From the NCBI RefSeq assembly GCF_009914755.1, contig NC_060926.1: a DNA stretch of 64,000 nt; one strand, written 5' to 3'. The stretch comes from the human T2T-CHM13v2.0 reference genome, Homo sapiens. The notes under the pieces were generated by a model that was not told the origin of the DNA, did no database searches, and saw only the letters and a list, made by a program, of their open reading frames with translations. The translations under genes and the position numbers were made by a program. Positions 29,901 through 45,070 of this stretch are shown here, one piece after another; the first letter of the stretch is position 1; the number at the start of each line of letters is the position of its first letter.

Positions 29901-30769
29901 GAAAAATTCTTACTTTAAATCCTTGATCCGAAGAGGCAAGTTAATTTAACAAAATAAACTCAGGACATCACATTTACTTGAGTCACAGAGCATGTTGAAA
30001 GGTGCAGACATCACAGGGCATCAAAGGATTTCACAGAATGCTGGGGGTGGAGTCTCTGTCTCTTTGGCCAGGCGTTGGTTTTCCTGCCTTTGGGGTTGGC
30101 AGAGAAGCCGGAGCCAAGTCCCTGGACAGGACAGCCCTCAGACACTCCTGGTTCACCTTAGTTCACTAGGCACATGGCTCTTGGTGGAAAAGACGATTTC
30201 TGGAAAGGAAGTGGGAGACTTTAGACAGACAAAACTCATCCAGGATTTTATATTGTGATTTCAAATTAACTTGGCACACTAATACTTCAGTTATTAATCT
30301 TCTGTGGCACTGTAGGAGAAATGAGGCGACAGTGTCTTGTAATTAGGGGCATTCTTGTGCCTGTCAAAGGGGCCAAGTCGGGTGGTGTGGATGCATCCTC
30401 CCCCAGCTCCTGGGACGGCTGGCCCTGTGCCCTGTGCCCCGTGCTTGGCCAGCAGAGGCCTGGCCTTGGCTGTCACGAGCACATTTCATACCATTCTCTG
30501 GGCCGTTTTTATTCCCTTAGTCACTGGGATCCTGTTTTGTATTTAACCCAGTGTCTTGACTTGTGTTGTACATTCCCAGGGTGATTTTAACTTCAGGAGA
30601 GGGCAGGCCCTGTCTCTGTGTCCTTGAAATGCTCCTTTTAATAATTTTCCCAGCATTTGAAAATGTCATTACTGAGATTTCTGTTTTTGCCTCACTGAAA
30701 AGAAGACGAAGTGAACTGGAGTGCTTCCCGTGTACGAGATGCTTTCCTTTGCATTTGCCCAGATGAATT

Positions 30770-30935
30770 CATGTAATCCTGACTGCAGCCCTAGTGGCAG
30801 GTACTGCCATTATCCCCATCCTGCAGATGAAAATGCTGAGGCACGGAGAAGTTGAGTATCTTGTGTGAGGTCACATAGCATTAAGAGGCGGAGCCTCGAT
30901 ACGAACCTGGGGAGTGAGGCTTTAGAGTGCAAACA
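30770..30935. mobile_element. MIR
   Basis: ATTATCCCCAT...CAGATGAAAATGCTGAGGCACGGAGAAGTT...GGTCACATAGC MIR core. Confidence 0.7.
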
Positions 30936-31921
30936 CTTCACCGCCGTGCTGGACCACCCGTGGGAGTTCAAGGTGTGTGTAAAATGAAAGCATGTAGGGC
31001 CAGTTACCCAGACCTTGATTTAGAAAGTCAATTCTGTTTTTGACATTTCCAGCAACCAGTAAAGCAAACAAATAACCTCCTGCCCCCAGTTTATTAAAAA
31101 ACAGCTCCTGTTGGAATGGGGTTTTGGGTTGGGATGGAGCCCCCTAGGAAGACCCTGCGGGAAATGCATCTTACTAGCTTTTCTCAAAGGAGCCACACAC
31201 ACAGCTTTGAGGTAACCATTTTTCTTGGGGTACTCTGAGGACTGGGCAGCATGTGGGAATGCAGAGGCTCCAGTGAATATCACTGCCTTAGGTTCCACCT
31301 ACAACCCCAGCACCAGCCTCACCTCCCCAGCTATGGGGTCAGAGTTCAGTTTCATTTTCAGTAAATGTGTGATTCTGTGGGTCCATATATTCACCCAGTT
31401 TATAGCAAAAAAGCGTGCTAGAACTAATTGGAAGTGTAGAAGCCATGATGCTGCCTCCCCAACCTGTGCCCCTAGAAGTTTGCTCGTCTCCCAGAGGCGG
31501 AGCTGGGCCTAGCCCTGGCACCCCACCCCATAGGTGCTGGCCCCACCTGTCACGGATCATTTAAGCATATTTTGCTAGCATCATGACCACACTCTTTGCT
31601 GGCTCCAGAGCCACAGGGTGAGGGACACAGGACTCTGTCCCCACGGTGCTGACCACTTCGTCGTCATTACAAGAAAGTATTCCCAAAGGCATCGGTTTAC
31701 TTGTTATCTTAGGTTGAGTTTTAAAATCTACTTGAAATTCCTATAATTGCACAATTTAAAAAACTCTTCGATCTGATGTGACCTGTTTAGTCTTTTCTGT
31801 TTAGTCTGAATTAGGAAAGCTCTTTTCTCCAGAGTGCAAAAGACAACCACAGACTTTTTTTTTTTAAAGGTATTATTTAGAAAAAGCTAAGATGGTGCTT
31901 AAGGCCGCACACACGTAAATA

Positions 31922-32234
31922 CAGTCATGTACTGCATGAAGACGTTGCTGTTGTTGACAATTGCATATACTGTGTGATAAGATTATATCTTTACTGTACC
32001 TTCCTTGTGTTTAGATACAAACATTTACCATTGTGTTCCAGCTCCTAAGGTGTCTAGTACAGTCCATGCTGCACAGCTTTATAGGCTAGGAGCATAGGCT
32101 GTGCCACATAGCCTAGGTATGTCTTAGGCTATGCCATCTGGAGTTATGCATGTACACTCTGATGTTCACACAATGATGTCACCCAAGGACTCATTTTTCA
32201 GAATATATTCTCCTTGTTAAGTGGTGCATGACTG
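31922..32234 (+). mobile_element. Tigger3-family (TcMar) non-autonomous element
   Basis: TIRs CAGTCATG...CATGACTG with TA on the left; internal TTTACTGTACCTT...TGTTTAGATACA, TAGCCTAGG. Confidence 0.78.
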
Positions 32235-33859
32235 TGTATATATGTCTGTATGTCCACACACAGGCACACAGGTGGGCTTGCTTCCGACTTCCCTCTGACA
32301 CCATCCTCTGCCATTGTGACCAGGACCCCATTCTCAGCTTATCAGCACGGACTGGGTGCTCTCTTCCTGCCGCCGTCACCGTGGGTGTTAAGCCTGCCTG
32401 TGTTGTGCCTGTCAGGACTCTCAGGAACCCCTCAGAGCAGCCCGTCTTTGGAGGGCGGTAGGGATTGTAAGGAAGGGGGGCACAGCGGGGGTTGCCTCTG
32501 CTCCATCTCACCTGCTTGGGTGGAGTCTGCACCGGCTTGCAGCCCACCCCGTGAGCGTAGTGAGTGGTCCCGAACTGCAGATGTGTGCTCTGTGCGGTGC
32601 TCTCGGACATCTAATGAGCATGGGAAACAAAATATGACTTACAGCAGTGTATTGACTTCCCAAGAACCAGACCTTGCTCCCTGGGCCCGAAGGGCTTTCC
32701 TGCTGCAGCTTTGCCATGTAGCAGGGGTGCCTCTGAAAACTCCACCGCCACCCCAGCAGACAACTGTGCCAGTCTTTCTGTGGGATCTGGGACACAGAAA
32801 ATGGAAGCTGTCTGGCCTGGAGCGTGGTCTCTTGGTCCTGTCTTCCTCACAGTGATCACCACCTCCAGGGTTGCATGGGAGGCTGCTGCTCAGCGGGGTC
32901 TGGGACCCCATGGGCCCAGCCATCCACACAACAGGTGTGGATGAAGCATGCGCATTGTTTCCCCCTGGGGTTTGTGTTGTCCCTGGGTTTGGCTCTTGGT
33001 CTGGATGAAAGAGACCACGTTCAGAGAAGCGGCATCCCCCGTCATTGTGACTGCATCCCTATGGAGGGGCAGGGGTCCCGTCCCCTCTCCGGCAGCAGTT
33101 TGCCTATGGTGAGGGTGCAGTCATCCACCTGGGCTGCATGCCGAGGGCTGGAATGCAAAGCGCTTGGGTTTGCTCCTGACTTTGCAAGACCACCTCCCAC
33201 CACGTGGTGCTTGCCGTCAGTGTGTGCTTTGAGACTCTGAGAGACACCATCGCAGAAGCCAAGCGTTACACTTTGGTTATTTATTGACATCCATGAACAG
33301 ATTAAAAACTGTTCCTACTTTCTAGGGTGCTTCTCTCTGTGCAGTTGCCAGGGGGAACGTGTTCGCTTTGCCGGGGCATTGTGTAGCAGCTGGCATTTAG
33401 TCTCACAACTTTTTCTTTGTTTAATTAAAAAAAAAACCTGAAAATGTTTGTGAAGTACTCTTTTCATCTTGTGAAATGGAAGCTGCTTCTGAGGGAAGCA
33501 GGCAGCCTCTGTCTTCACCAGCCCCTTCCACCCTCCCATAGGAGTCCCTCCAGTGGAAACCCACTCACTCCCCCTGAAGCCACTCTCTGAGAGAGATGCC
33601 TCCACTGCCTTGCTAGCAGAGGCTTCCCCAGGCTGTGACCTCGCTGACAGTGTTGTGTTTCTTCGGGGATGGAAAATGCTGCTTCTGATACCCCCGAGAT
33701 AGAGGAGGCTCTGGTGTGTTCAGAAGGAGGTGGCGTGAGGTCTGGCCAAGCTTGATCTGGAGTTACCTGGCCTTGGCATTCTGATTGTCAGGCTCCACCT
33801 GACACCCCCCACCATCTACCAGGCAGACAGGAGAGGAACTTACGTGTTCAGTCGTTTGA

Positions 33860-34125
<266 letters not shown>

Positions 34126-34670
34126 AGTCCATATTCTCTGTTTTAAAAATTTACCCCCTATCAATTTAATGTATTGTGTAATAATCAAAGTTGAATGTAA
34201 AAGCCCATTAAAAATAGCTTTTAGGTTTGCATCATTATCTGCACTGTCTGGAGCTTCAAGCAGATCTTTTACAAGTTCCCCAACAGTGAGACCCACTTCT
34301 CAACACTGGTCAGAGTTCTCAAGCCGACAGTGGCCAGAGATCATGGTTTAAGCACATCCAGTGGTTGGCATAAGGTTGGAGCGATCATACTTTCTGCACT
34401 TGATTGCCTAATGGATGCCTCCATGAGGTTGGATGCAAACTCTGTGTGGAATGTTCCCCTGGTGTTTCTCTAACAGATCTGCTCGTGGTTTATCATGGAA
34501 GAAGTCTACAGAACTAAAAAGGAGAGGAAACTTCCAAGTGCTCTTTGATGTTGTAATTGTCGTTGCTTTAAACTTTTCCCGTGATCATATGGGATGATTC
34601 TGTGTAGGTGAATATTAACAAACACTGTGATAAGAATCTTTCCCTCTATTACAATCACCTTGACATCCTA

Positions 34671-34966
<296 letters not shown>

Positions 34967-35479
34967 GACATCCTATTTTTATAGATTGTTTCCGATGGGT
35001 TGTAATCTTCCAAAATGTTGATTGTGTTTCCTGTGGAATTGTATAACACCTGAGTGAACAGATTGTTAATGAAGATGGGTAAATTACCACACTCCCATTG
35101 CAACTAATTATATTGCAGCGACTTGGTGAAAATCTTTCTTATTGTTTCATTTCTACAGTCTATGTGCATTTAAAATCACCTGCTGATGGTCTTCAAAAAA
35201 ATTTGCTAGGTGTTGGGTGTCTCCCTTCTTTTCCCAGTCACATGACTCACACCCATAGAATGGGATCACTCATAGGTGTTGCATAGACCCAGGCTCAAAT
35301 TAATCATTTTTAAGGAGTGTTCAATTCAGAAAACATCTGGTTAAGCACTTACTGTATGTAAAGCACTGTGCTCTACCTAATCAGAAAATATGAAGAGTAT
35401 TGTGATACTTTGCCTACTAGATGCCAATATTTTTATGGGGGAGATAATTCTAATTCATTTTAATAGTTGCGTCAGGCGA

Positions 35480-35600
35480 GGAGTTAGCACATTGTTTCTG
35501 TAAAGGGCCAGAGAGTAAATATTTCAGGCTTCTTGGGCCACAAAGAGTCTAACCTCCTCTGTTGTATTCGGAAAGTAGCTGTAGACAGCATATCAAGTGA
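35480..35600. mobile_element. MER58-like hAT fragment
   Basis: TTTCTGTAAAGGGCCAGAGAGTAAATATTTCAGGCTT...GGGCCA. Confidence 0.65.
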
Positions 35601-37764
35601 TTGGAGAGAGATCCAGAGGGACAGATTGCCAATGAGAGTAGAGGGTCCCCAACGTGCTATCAACCGGGTAGGAGGAAGGATGCAGTGATGCCACTGGGAT
35701 GGGTGACACCTAGGACATGTGCTTAAAAAAGTGGACGGGAAGGTTGTTTCTGACATCAAGAGGAAAGGGAGTTGTTGCAAATGGAAAGTAAGTGTGCAAT
35801 GCCCTGGAGAATCATTAGGAGCTCCGTGAGGACCCTGGAGGGGCCTTGCAGTACCAGCGGAGGTGCTGGTCAGCTTAGTCTCTTGCATACCTACTGTGAA
35901 TACTATTTAGAAGAAAGTGGGGTGAGTTATAAATCAATGTGTTTGGGTGCGGCCAGGCTGTATTGTTGAGTGATTCATCTTCCATCCTCATTCTCACAGC
36001 CTGGGAAAGGGGTAGGGTGCCCCTCCTGAGAGTCTGCTCAGGCTTGACGCTGCCTCCCACATTATGTGACTTGAGGGGCAGGCATTTCCCACCCTTTCAC
36101 ATGAAGAAAGTGGAATTGCAGCAAGAGCAGTCCCAATAATTGGAGCCACTTGCCCATGGCAGTATAGCTGGGTGGTGTGACAGTGAGGACCAGTGCGTTT
36201 CTCCTTGAGGTGCTGATGCGAGGGGAAGCCCTGAGCCAGGCTCCAGCAGTCACAGGGATCACAGTCACAGTCACCTGTTGGGCAAAGTCCCCAGGTTGGG
36301 ACTGAGGATTCCTCTTCTTTGTGGTTATAAAAACAATAACCCTTTAAGGTCACTGAGACCAGCATTTTTGAAACCTTTACTATTATTATTTTCAACAGAA
36401 GACCCTTCTGCTTAACAAAAACAGTTGAAAGTGGTGCTTCTCGGATTGACAAAAAGGGCCTCACACTCCAGCCCCTACAAACCCTCCCCCTCCACCTCAA
36501 CCCCTGCAGTCATTTTGGCGAACACAATTTGAAAAGCATTGAATTTGTCTACCTGCACCTTCACTTTGCAAACCGAGCGACAGAAGTCAACTTTGGTTAA
36601 TTTTGGACTCAGAGTTCTTCACGGTACCCAATATTGGTTCTTTGAGAGCGGTTCGGTTCTACATATGGCACTAACTCGTCCACTCCACAGGCTACTGAAC
36701 CTCTTTATGATTCTGTCTGTATCTAAGCAGGGAACCTGTCCCTGGCACTGCAGCTCATGGGATGTTTGGAGAAATCGTGGCTTATTGGAAAGTGATCTGA
36801 GATGCTTGGATACAAAAAGCAGAAAATGAGTTTTTAAAAACCTCTTCTTTTGAGCAGGCATCATTCTCAAAATGTGGAGTATTTATAGCATATGTTACTC
36901 ATAGAAGACATTAACTTCCCAATTATTAAGAGGAAATGCACTTTTATTATTAGAAATTTAATTTGTATTAGCCTGGTATACATTTGTGTTGGATCAGAGT
37001 AAGCCTTTCTTATAGAGATTTGGTAATTTCTATGCCTGTGCCAGCGTGGTCCTCATGTGGAATTTCTGTCTTGAAACGGCATGGAATAGTCTATGAGATA
37101 AAGAGAGAAGCTGGAAGTAAATATACAGAAGGTAATGCAAATAGGCCTTCCAACTGCAGAGGAAGACTCTTATAGATGACTGCATTTTTCAAGGACTTAA
37201 ATTTTAAAATCTGGAAACTTATTTCAGTCCCTGGGGCTTCCAGTGCAGCCACCCATGGAAGTCACAGCAGTGACAGACGAGTTCAGACTTTGACAAATAT
37301 GAATGGTCATTGGGATGGCTTTGATTCACCATACATTTCTCCTGCACCTGTTTCTGTGCACTGATTTTATGAATTTTCAATTTATGACATTCCAGTGATA
37401 TGCCAGTTACTATCATCATAGCTGTGGTTAAATTAAGGGTGTTTTGCAAGAAGAAGAGGTATTGTGATGAACCTCTTGTGACTTGGAAACCTGCAAGTTG
37501 GAAAAGTTGTAATACAGATCCATCAACAGATGTCAATGTGCCAAGAAATTACTTAGTGTGGTTCAAAGGTGAGTAAATAGAAGTTAAAATTATGAAGGAA
37601 CATTCTTAACTCACAGCAGTTGGATTTTGAATCCCAGAGGAAAGGCCAGAGGTCTCACATTTTAAGAGAACTGGAATCAGGGCAAATTGTCTGCCCTTCC
37701 TGGGAAGATCAGCTGAGTGAGTGAGAGAGAAATAGGTTCCTGTCATTTAGCCAGCATTTACATT

Positions 37765-38170
37765 TTTTTCTTTTAAGGCTTTATTGAGACAGAATTCACA
37801 TACCGTGAATTCATCCATTCAAAGTGTACAATTCAGTGGTTTTAGTATATTCAACATATAATGTGTAGCCATCGCCACAGTCAATCATAGACCATTTTTA
37901 TCACTTCTAAAGAAACTGTTCTCCTTACTGTCACCCCAGCTCTGGGCAACTCTGTGGGTCTCCCTATTCTGGGCTTTTCATATGAATGGAATCATACAGT
38001 TTGCGGCCTTTTTATATCTGGCTTCTTTCATTCCCCATGATGTTTCTGAAGCTCACCCATGTGGTATGTGCCATTCATTTTTTTAATGCTGCATAGTATT
38101 CTGTTGTATGGATGCACCACATTTCTTTCTCCATTCATGAGTTGATGGACATTTGAGTTGTTTCTACCTC
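37765..38170 (-). mobile_element. L1M (MA/MB) 3' fragment
   Basis: CTTTATTGAG...AATTCACATACC...AAGTGTACAATTCAGTGGTTTTAGTATATTCA...ATGGAATCATACAG...GTTGATGGACATTTG. Confidence 0.78.
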
Positions 38171-41100
38171 TACATTTAATGATGGTCTAGAAAGATCAGT
38201 ATGTAGTATACATTCTGACCCCAAATCATTATTTTTCTCACAATTAAAGGGAGGGCAATTAAAGGGAAAAGAACATTTGTGCAGTGCTTAGTGCCTTAGA
38301 AAGGGTGTTTTCTACCCAGCACCTGATTTAAGTCTCGTCTAGCCCCGGGGATGGGTTTTCTGATAATCTCCGTTTACAGGGTTTGGCAGGCTGCAAGCCT
38401 TGCCCCAGGTCTCCTGGCAGGGAAAAAGTGAGGTCAGTTGGAATCCAGCTGCCATGCTCCTTCTGGGGCACCAGAGTGAGTGACTGACTGCTGAAAATAA
38501 ACTTTTGAAAGTTTTAGAACAGTCTGTTCTGCCTGTGTGTGTGCACAGTGTGCCAAATCTCCAGGTCAGGATATTCTGATAAAAACTCCCCAAGACGCTG
38601 GATGCATGGGCAGTTGCTGTTGATGGAGTCACTGTCTCACATGTGTCCAAGCCCTTCCCAGCACTGGTTGGAATCCCTGAAACAGGCACAGGCACTGCCC
38701 GTGCAGACCACGTTTCAGGAACTTAGCATCCATCAGCCTCATGACACAGGTGGATTCGTAACACAGATGCCGGTCTTGTGTTTCTTACCTGCAGGGGACT
38801 TTCGAAAGCTTGGGCTGCGGTGTCCCCAGCTGTGCCCTGTTCCCCTGATCTGTGTGTCTGCTGCCACCCCTGCTTCCCAGTGGGCTGGGCCTCAACCCCT
38901 GCCATCCACAGTCTTCAGCTGCGCTCTCGGCTGGCTGATGGCAGCTGTGTTGAGGCTCTGTAGAATGGAGAAGTCCTCTGACAGGTGGGTGGTGCGCATC
39001 TGAGGAGGAGGGGCATTTGCTCCAGCAGCACTGAAGGGCGAGGAGCACCCCCACTTTCAGGGCCCGGCGGGCGGGCTGGGTAGGGAGGGCAGGCACATAT
39101 GCACACACAGGCACTTTGTATCTTCTGCATATACAGGAAGAGATGGGTTTGGTGATCAGCAGAGCTTAGGTTTCATCAGGGCAGGTGCTGAGCTTCATTC
39201 CCTCCACCCTAAACACTGCCCTGCAGGCCGGGGATGCTTCCAATCCTGAATGCTCAAGCTCTGCCCAGAATGTGGTTGTCAGGGCAACCAAAATTCACAG
39301 GACGAAAAGATTGAGAAGCTTACAGTGCTTGACATGCCATATAGAGAACCCTTAGCTTGCTACAAACTCAGTTTTTAAAAATGCTACTTGGAAAAGAAAA
39401 AAGAAAAAGAAAAAAATCCAAGGAAGGGAGAAAGTAGAGGAGCTGGGGAGGGAACCCCAACTCCAGGATCCTTTTTTGTGGATTTTGAGAACACACAGCT
39501 TTTTAGAAGTGGGGGAAATGAAAATGGAAGGGGAAGATGGTGTTTAAAAGGAATCCTAATACCCTGGTTCTTTGACTGAAAAGAAGAGCATTTTACACCT
39601 ATATTTGTAGCTGGCAGATGGATAAAAACTAATAGGAAAAAAAGGACAATTTGGTTCTCTCTGAAGTAATAAGCTCATTGGAGATGGGGCTAGGAGAGTG
39701 ATAGGACTAGGACTAGGACTAGGACTGCCTACACTAGGACTGCAGTCCATGGGAACAGGGAGCTAACAGGAGGGTCCCATAGCTAGGGTCATGTGGCAGG
39801 CAGTTCCTGGGAGGAAGGAGGGGTGACAGCCAGGACAAGGGGCAAGTGAGGAGCTGCTGCCAAGCTTCCCTGCCCTCTGGGACCAGGCAGGCCCTGGCCT
39901 GCGGACACCAGCGTCTGCCACTCATGCCTGAGTGTCAACTGTCGAGTGTCCCCACCCCTTCTTGGCCTTGCCACATAAAGAGCTGTAGGCTTTATTTTGG
40001 AAACCTACGTTCTTTAGAGGCCTGCTTAATTAAGTTTCCCATTTGCACCTAACCCTCGCATGCTTGATGGGCTTCCCTTGCTGGAGCTATTTTTGCATCG
40101 TTTTCTGGAAGGATGCCTCTTTCCCCGCAGGCAGCCTCTGACCGTGTGCCAGAGAGCTCCGCGTTTGCATCTTATTTTTCTGAGCACTTGCTATTTTTAT
40201 TTTTTTTGGTACTCATTTGACCTGGACTTCTGATAAGGCGTTTAAAAATAGCCTTTGGACTTCCTGTGGGTAATTGGGCTTCTCAGAATCTCCCCTCTAC
40301 TTTTAAATACCTGCTGATTTGTGTCGCCTGATCCCGGCATGGAGTCTGGCTATGCGTTTGGAAGGTCTCTCGAATTTCCCTTCCACCTCTCAGGGTTGCA
40401 TTATCTCATTACTGACTGAGCACCTCGCCCTGCAGCGAGAAGGGCCAGGTACCTTGCGGGCCTTCTGGAGACACCACCAGAAACTCCCATTTGCAGTAGC
40501 AAATCTGTACGCACACCTGTTTTTCCAAAGTGGGAATCCAGGTGATGTCGAAGGGCTCCAGAGGGAACGCAGACCACCTGGCTCTAAGCCTCCTTTAATG
40601 GGACGAGGGACAGAAGCCGGCAGGCACACGTCCCACTCAGGGTCACATGGCTGGTTGGCCATGGCAGAGCTGCAGCCTGGAGGCCTTGTCCACCCTTGAG
40701 GCCATGTCGGGGTGTTTGGGACGGCAGAGACTGCCCACCCTCCTGCATCCGCTGCTCTCCTGGGCCCCTGGGCTGCTCCAGGCCAGCAGCCCTGGATTGG
40801 TGTAGCTCCCCTGGCCCCAAGGCCTGGCGTTGGGCTGTGGCTTGCAGGCCTGGCTCGGTCCTACCACTGGTCCTTCTATCATTTAATCCCGTGGCGGGCA
40901 GCCTCCTGCTGTGGCATGGCTTCCACAGCCCTTCCTCCATCCTGGGCAGCCCTGCAAGGGAGGACACAGGTGACTCCCTTCCAGTCTGTTTCTAGAGTGT
41001 CTGGGACCAGCTACTTAGCACCTGTGCTGAGAGGTCCGTGGGTTTGTCGTCCTGCAAGAGTGGCCCTACATCATGTGGCTGGATGTGGAGTTGGCCTTGA

Positions 41101-41489
41101 AACTCCGAGTGCTGCTGCGCTGTGGTTGCGGCTGTACCTGGCCTGGCTGGCTGAGGTCTGGTTGCAGTGAGGGGCTGGCTCTGTGAATCCTGAGCTGGTG
41201 TGTGCCTCCTCCCGGAGGAGGGAGCTGCACCACATGCCCCGTGGCCTTCTGGGCCTACTTGTGGCCAAATGAGATCAGGCGCCAATAGCATACGGTCTGA
41301 CTGCTGACTCTTTGGGGCACAACTCACAGGGAGATCCTGCCAAGAGACAGAGGTGGGCCTAGATGGACTTCCTTTGAGGACCCCGGCACATCATAGAGGC
41401 TGGCACTACTTGCTGAGTAGTGCGAAGGCTTCCCCTACACAGTGCGCCCCTGTGCTGGGCACTGGGAACAGGTGCTTAGTTTGATTTCC

Positions 41490-41645
41490 CTTAGCCCTCA
41501 CCATAGCCCTGTGAGTGGGTGCCACTGTTTTCCCTTTTCTGCAGATGAGTACACTGAGGCACAGAGAGGTGGAAGAACTGGCCCAAGGCAACACAGCTAG
41601 TAGAGGCAGAGGTTGGGTTTGAACCTGTGCAGATGGCTCCTGAGC
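41490..41645. mobile_element. MIR
   Basis: CAGATGAG..ACTGAGGCACAGAGAGG...GCCCAAGG..ACACAGCTAGTA...GGGTTTGAACC. Confidence 0.72.
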
Positions 41646-42961
41646 TCCTGCTGCAGCCCTGCGGCCCAGGAAGGCGGTAGTCTTGTTGCCCTTCCTGCCA
41701 ACTCACTGCAGAATCTCAGGGACCAGGTCAGGGGGCTGCCAGGGTAATTCGTTGGTCGTTAGGGATGCTGGGATGCACTTGGCCTCATTCTGGGAGGGCT
41801 GCTGTTCTGCCTGACACAGGAGGGGTTAAGAAGGGAAGGGAAGGGCCAGACCCACTTGGACTTCAGTCTTTCCTCTGCCACTTGCAAGCTGTTTGTCCTC
41901 GGGCTGGTGGCTTAATTTCTCTTATCTTGTTTCTTCATCAGTAAATGGGGGTGAGGCTCTCCCCAACCCCAGCAAATGAGACCCTATTTGTGAAGGCTAC
42001 TCAGGAGTCAGATGCCCATATTCCCACAGCCACCCTTGATGCAGGTGGCCGGGGAGGGGTGGGAGGCCCTTTTAGGGGGACCTGTGCTTGGGGTTTAATG
42101 CTCTGCAGTTGCTGTTTTGAGATTCTTGGATATTTACCTTTGCATTTGTGTTTTGTGAGATGTGTTGGGACAGTAAGCCTGCCAGGGCCCAGTAGGGCCG
42201 GGTGTGTGCCTTGCTGGAGTAGAAGGGTGGCCCTGGCCCCTATCAGGCTCTGCACTGGCCCTGCCTGAGGAAGCCTGGCATGAAATAGCAAATTAAAAAA
42301 ATGCTATGGTGGGTTGGGGAGGAACTCCAGGAGAAAGGAAAAAGCCTTACTTTTGCTTTTTGCACAGAAGACTGCACTTGCCTTTTGCATCAAATCCCAC
42401 AGAGTATGTAGCTGGCCCCTTGGGCAGCCTTGGTTATTTGGCATCTGGGTGAGGCCCAGGAGGTCAGAGGGGTTGAGGTTTTTCACAGAGTTGACCTGTA
42501 GTTAAGTAAGCGGCAGGTTTCCAGCAGAGTTGTGGCTAAGCCCAGTCCCCATGCAGTGTGTCAGTTGGGGGTGCTCGGGAGTGTGGAGCCTGCTGTGACA
42601 TTTGAAGTCTCTCAGTACCCTAAGCAGAACACTTAGAAGTCCTGCCCAGTGCAGGGATGGCCACAGCAGGGACCTTCTGGAACCCTCAAGACATGGCCTG
42701 CATAGGTTGTAAATCGAAGCAAACCAGCCAGCCAGCCTGTGATCTAAGCCCTGTGAGATCACAGCTGCAGTGTCATCTCTAAATGACAGGAATTTATGAC
42801 CCTGAGGAATAAATTATCAACAGTGCAAGACAGGATCACTTCAAACATCCTTGTGACAACTTAAACAAAACTCAGTGAGCAAGGGGTGTGTGCGAGAGGT
42901 AGAGGGGCACAGTGGGCTACCTCTTGGGTACCCTGCCCAGCACAGATTGGAGGATGATAGC

Positions 42962-43270
42962 TGTCTGAGTTTCTCAGGCTGCTATAACAAAATACCACAC
43001 ACTGTGTGGCTTAAACAGCAGACATCGATTTCTGTGAGATGTTTGTTTCTCATAGTCCTGGAGGTGGGAAGTTCAAGGTCAAGCTTCCAGCAGGTCTCAT
43101 TCCCAGTGAGGGCTGTCTCCCTGGTTTGTAGACAGCCAGTGTCTTGCTCCTCACATGGTGGAGACAGAGAACATTTTTCGTGTCTCTTAAAAGGGGACTA
43201 ATCCCATTCGTGAAGGTTCCACCCTCATGACCTAATCACCTTCCCAAAGGCCTCACCTCCTGATACCAAA
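42962..43270 (-). mobile_element. MLT1A-type MaLR LTR (partial)
   Basis: GGCTGCTATAACAAAATACCAC...GGCTTAAACA...CCCTCATGACCTAATCACCTTCCCAAAGGCC. Confidence 0.75.
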
Positions 43271-43282
43271 CCTAGGAAGTAC

Positions 43283-43499
43283 AGCCTTTGACATACCTAG
43301 GCTACGTGGCACAGCCTGTGTTCCCCGGCTGCAGACCTGTGCAGGATGTGACTATACTGAACACCGTAGGCAGTTGAGACATAGTGGCAAATGTTTGCGT
43401 AGCTAAATGCAGAAAAGGTACAGTAAAAATACAGTCTTATGGGACCCCATGGTATATGCAGTCATCATGGACTGCAGGTCTTCACGTGGTGTGTGACTG
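43283..43499 (-). mobile_element. Tigger3-family fragment
   Basis: Reverse-orientation match to 31922-32234 (CCTAGGCTA, AAGGTACAGTAAAAATA, CTTATGGGACC, ending TGACTG followed by TA). Confidence 0.72.
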
Positions 43500-43540
43500 T
43501 ATTTACATGGTGGCCTTAAGCACCGTCTTGAGTTTTTCTA

Positions 43541-44845
<1,305 letters not shown>

Positions 44846-44924
44846 AAAATTGTCTTGGGGATTAGGGCTTAGATGTAGAAAGCTTAAGTGTACACAACCT
44901 TCAGTCTATAGCACCCGCTGTACA

Positions 44925-45070
44925 GCACGTGTCCCCAGGGACGTTTGCAGTGTCTGGGGACAGTTTTGGTTGTCACAGCTAAGGTGGGGTGGGTGCTGCT
45001 GAGCATGCTGTGATGCATGGGACAGCCCCCCACAGAGAAATGTCACCAGTGGCCAGGGTAAGAAACCAGC
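44925..45070. mobile_element. MER20 (hAT) fragment
   Basis: CCCCAGGG...TGTCTGGGGACAGTTTTGGTTGTCACA...ATGCATGGGACAGCCCCC...AGAAACC. Confidence 0.68.

Noticed and set aside
39702-39742. (AGGACT)n hexamer run
   Set aside because: Only about four units; an ordinary short tandem repeat.
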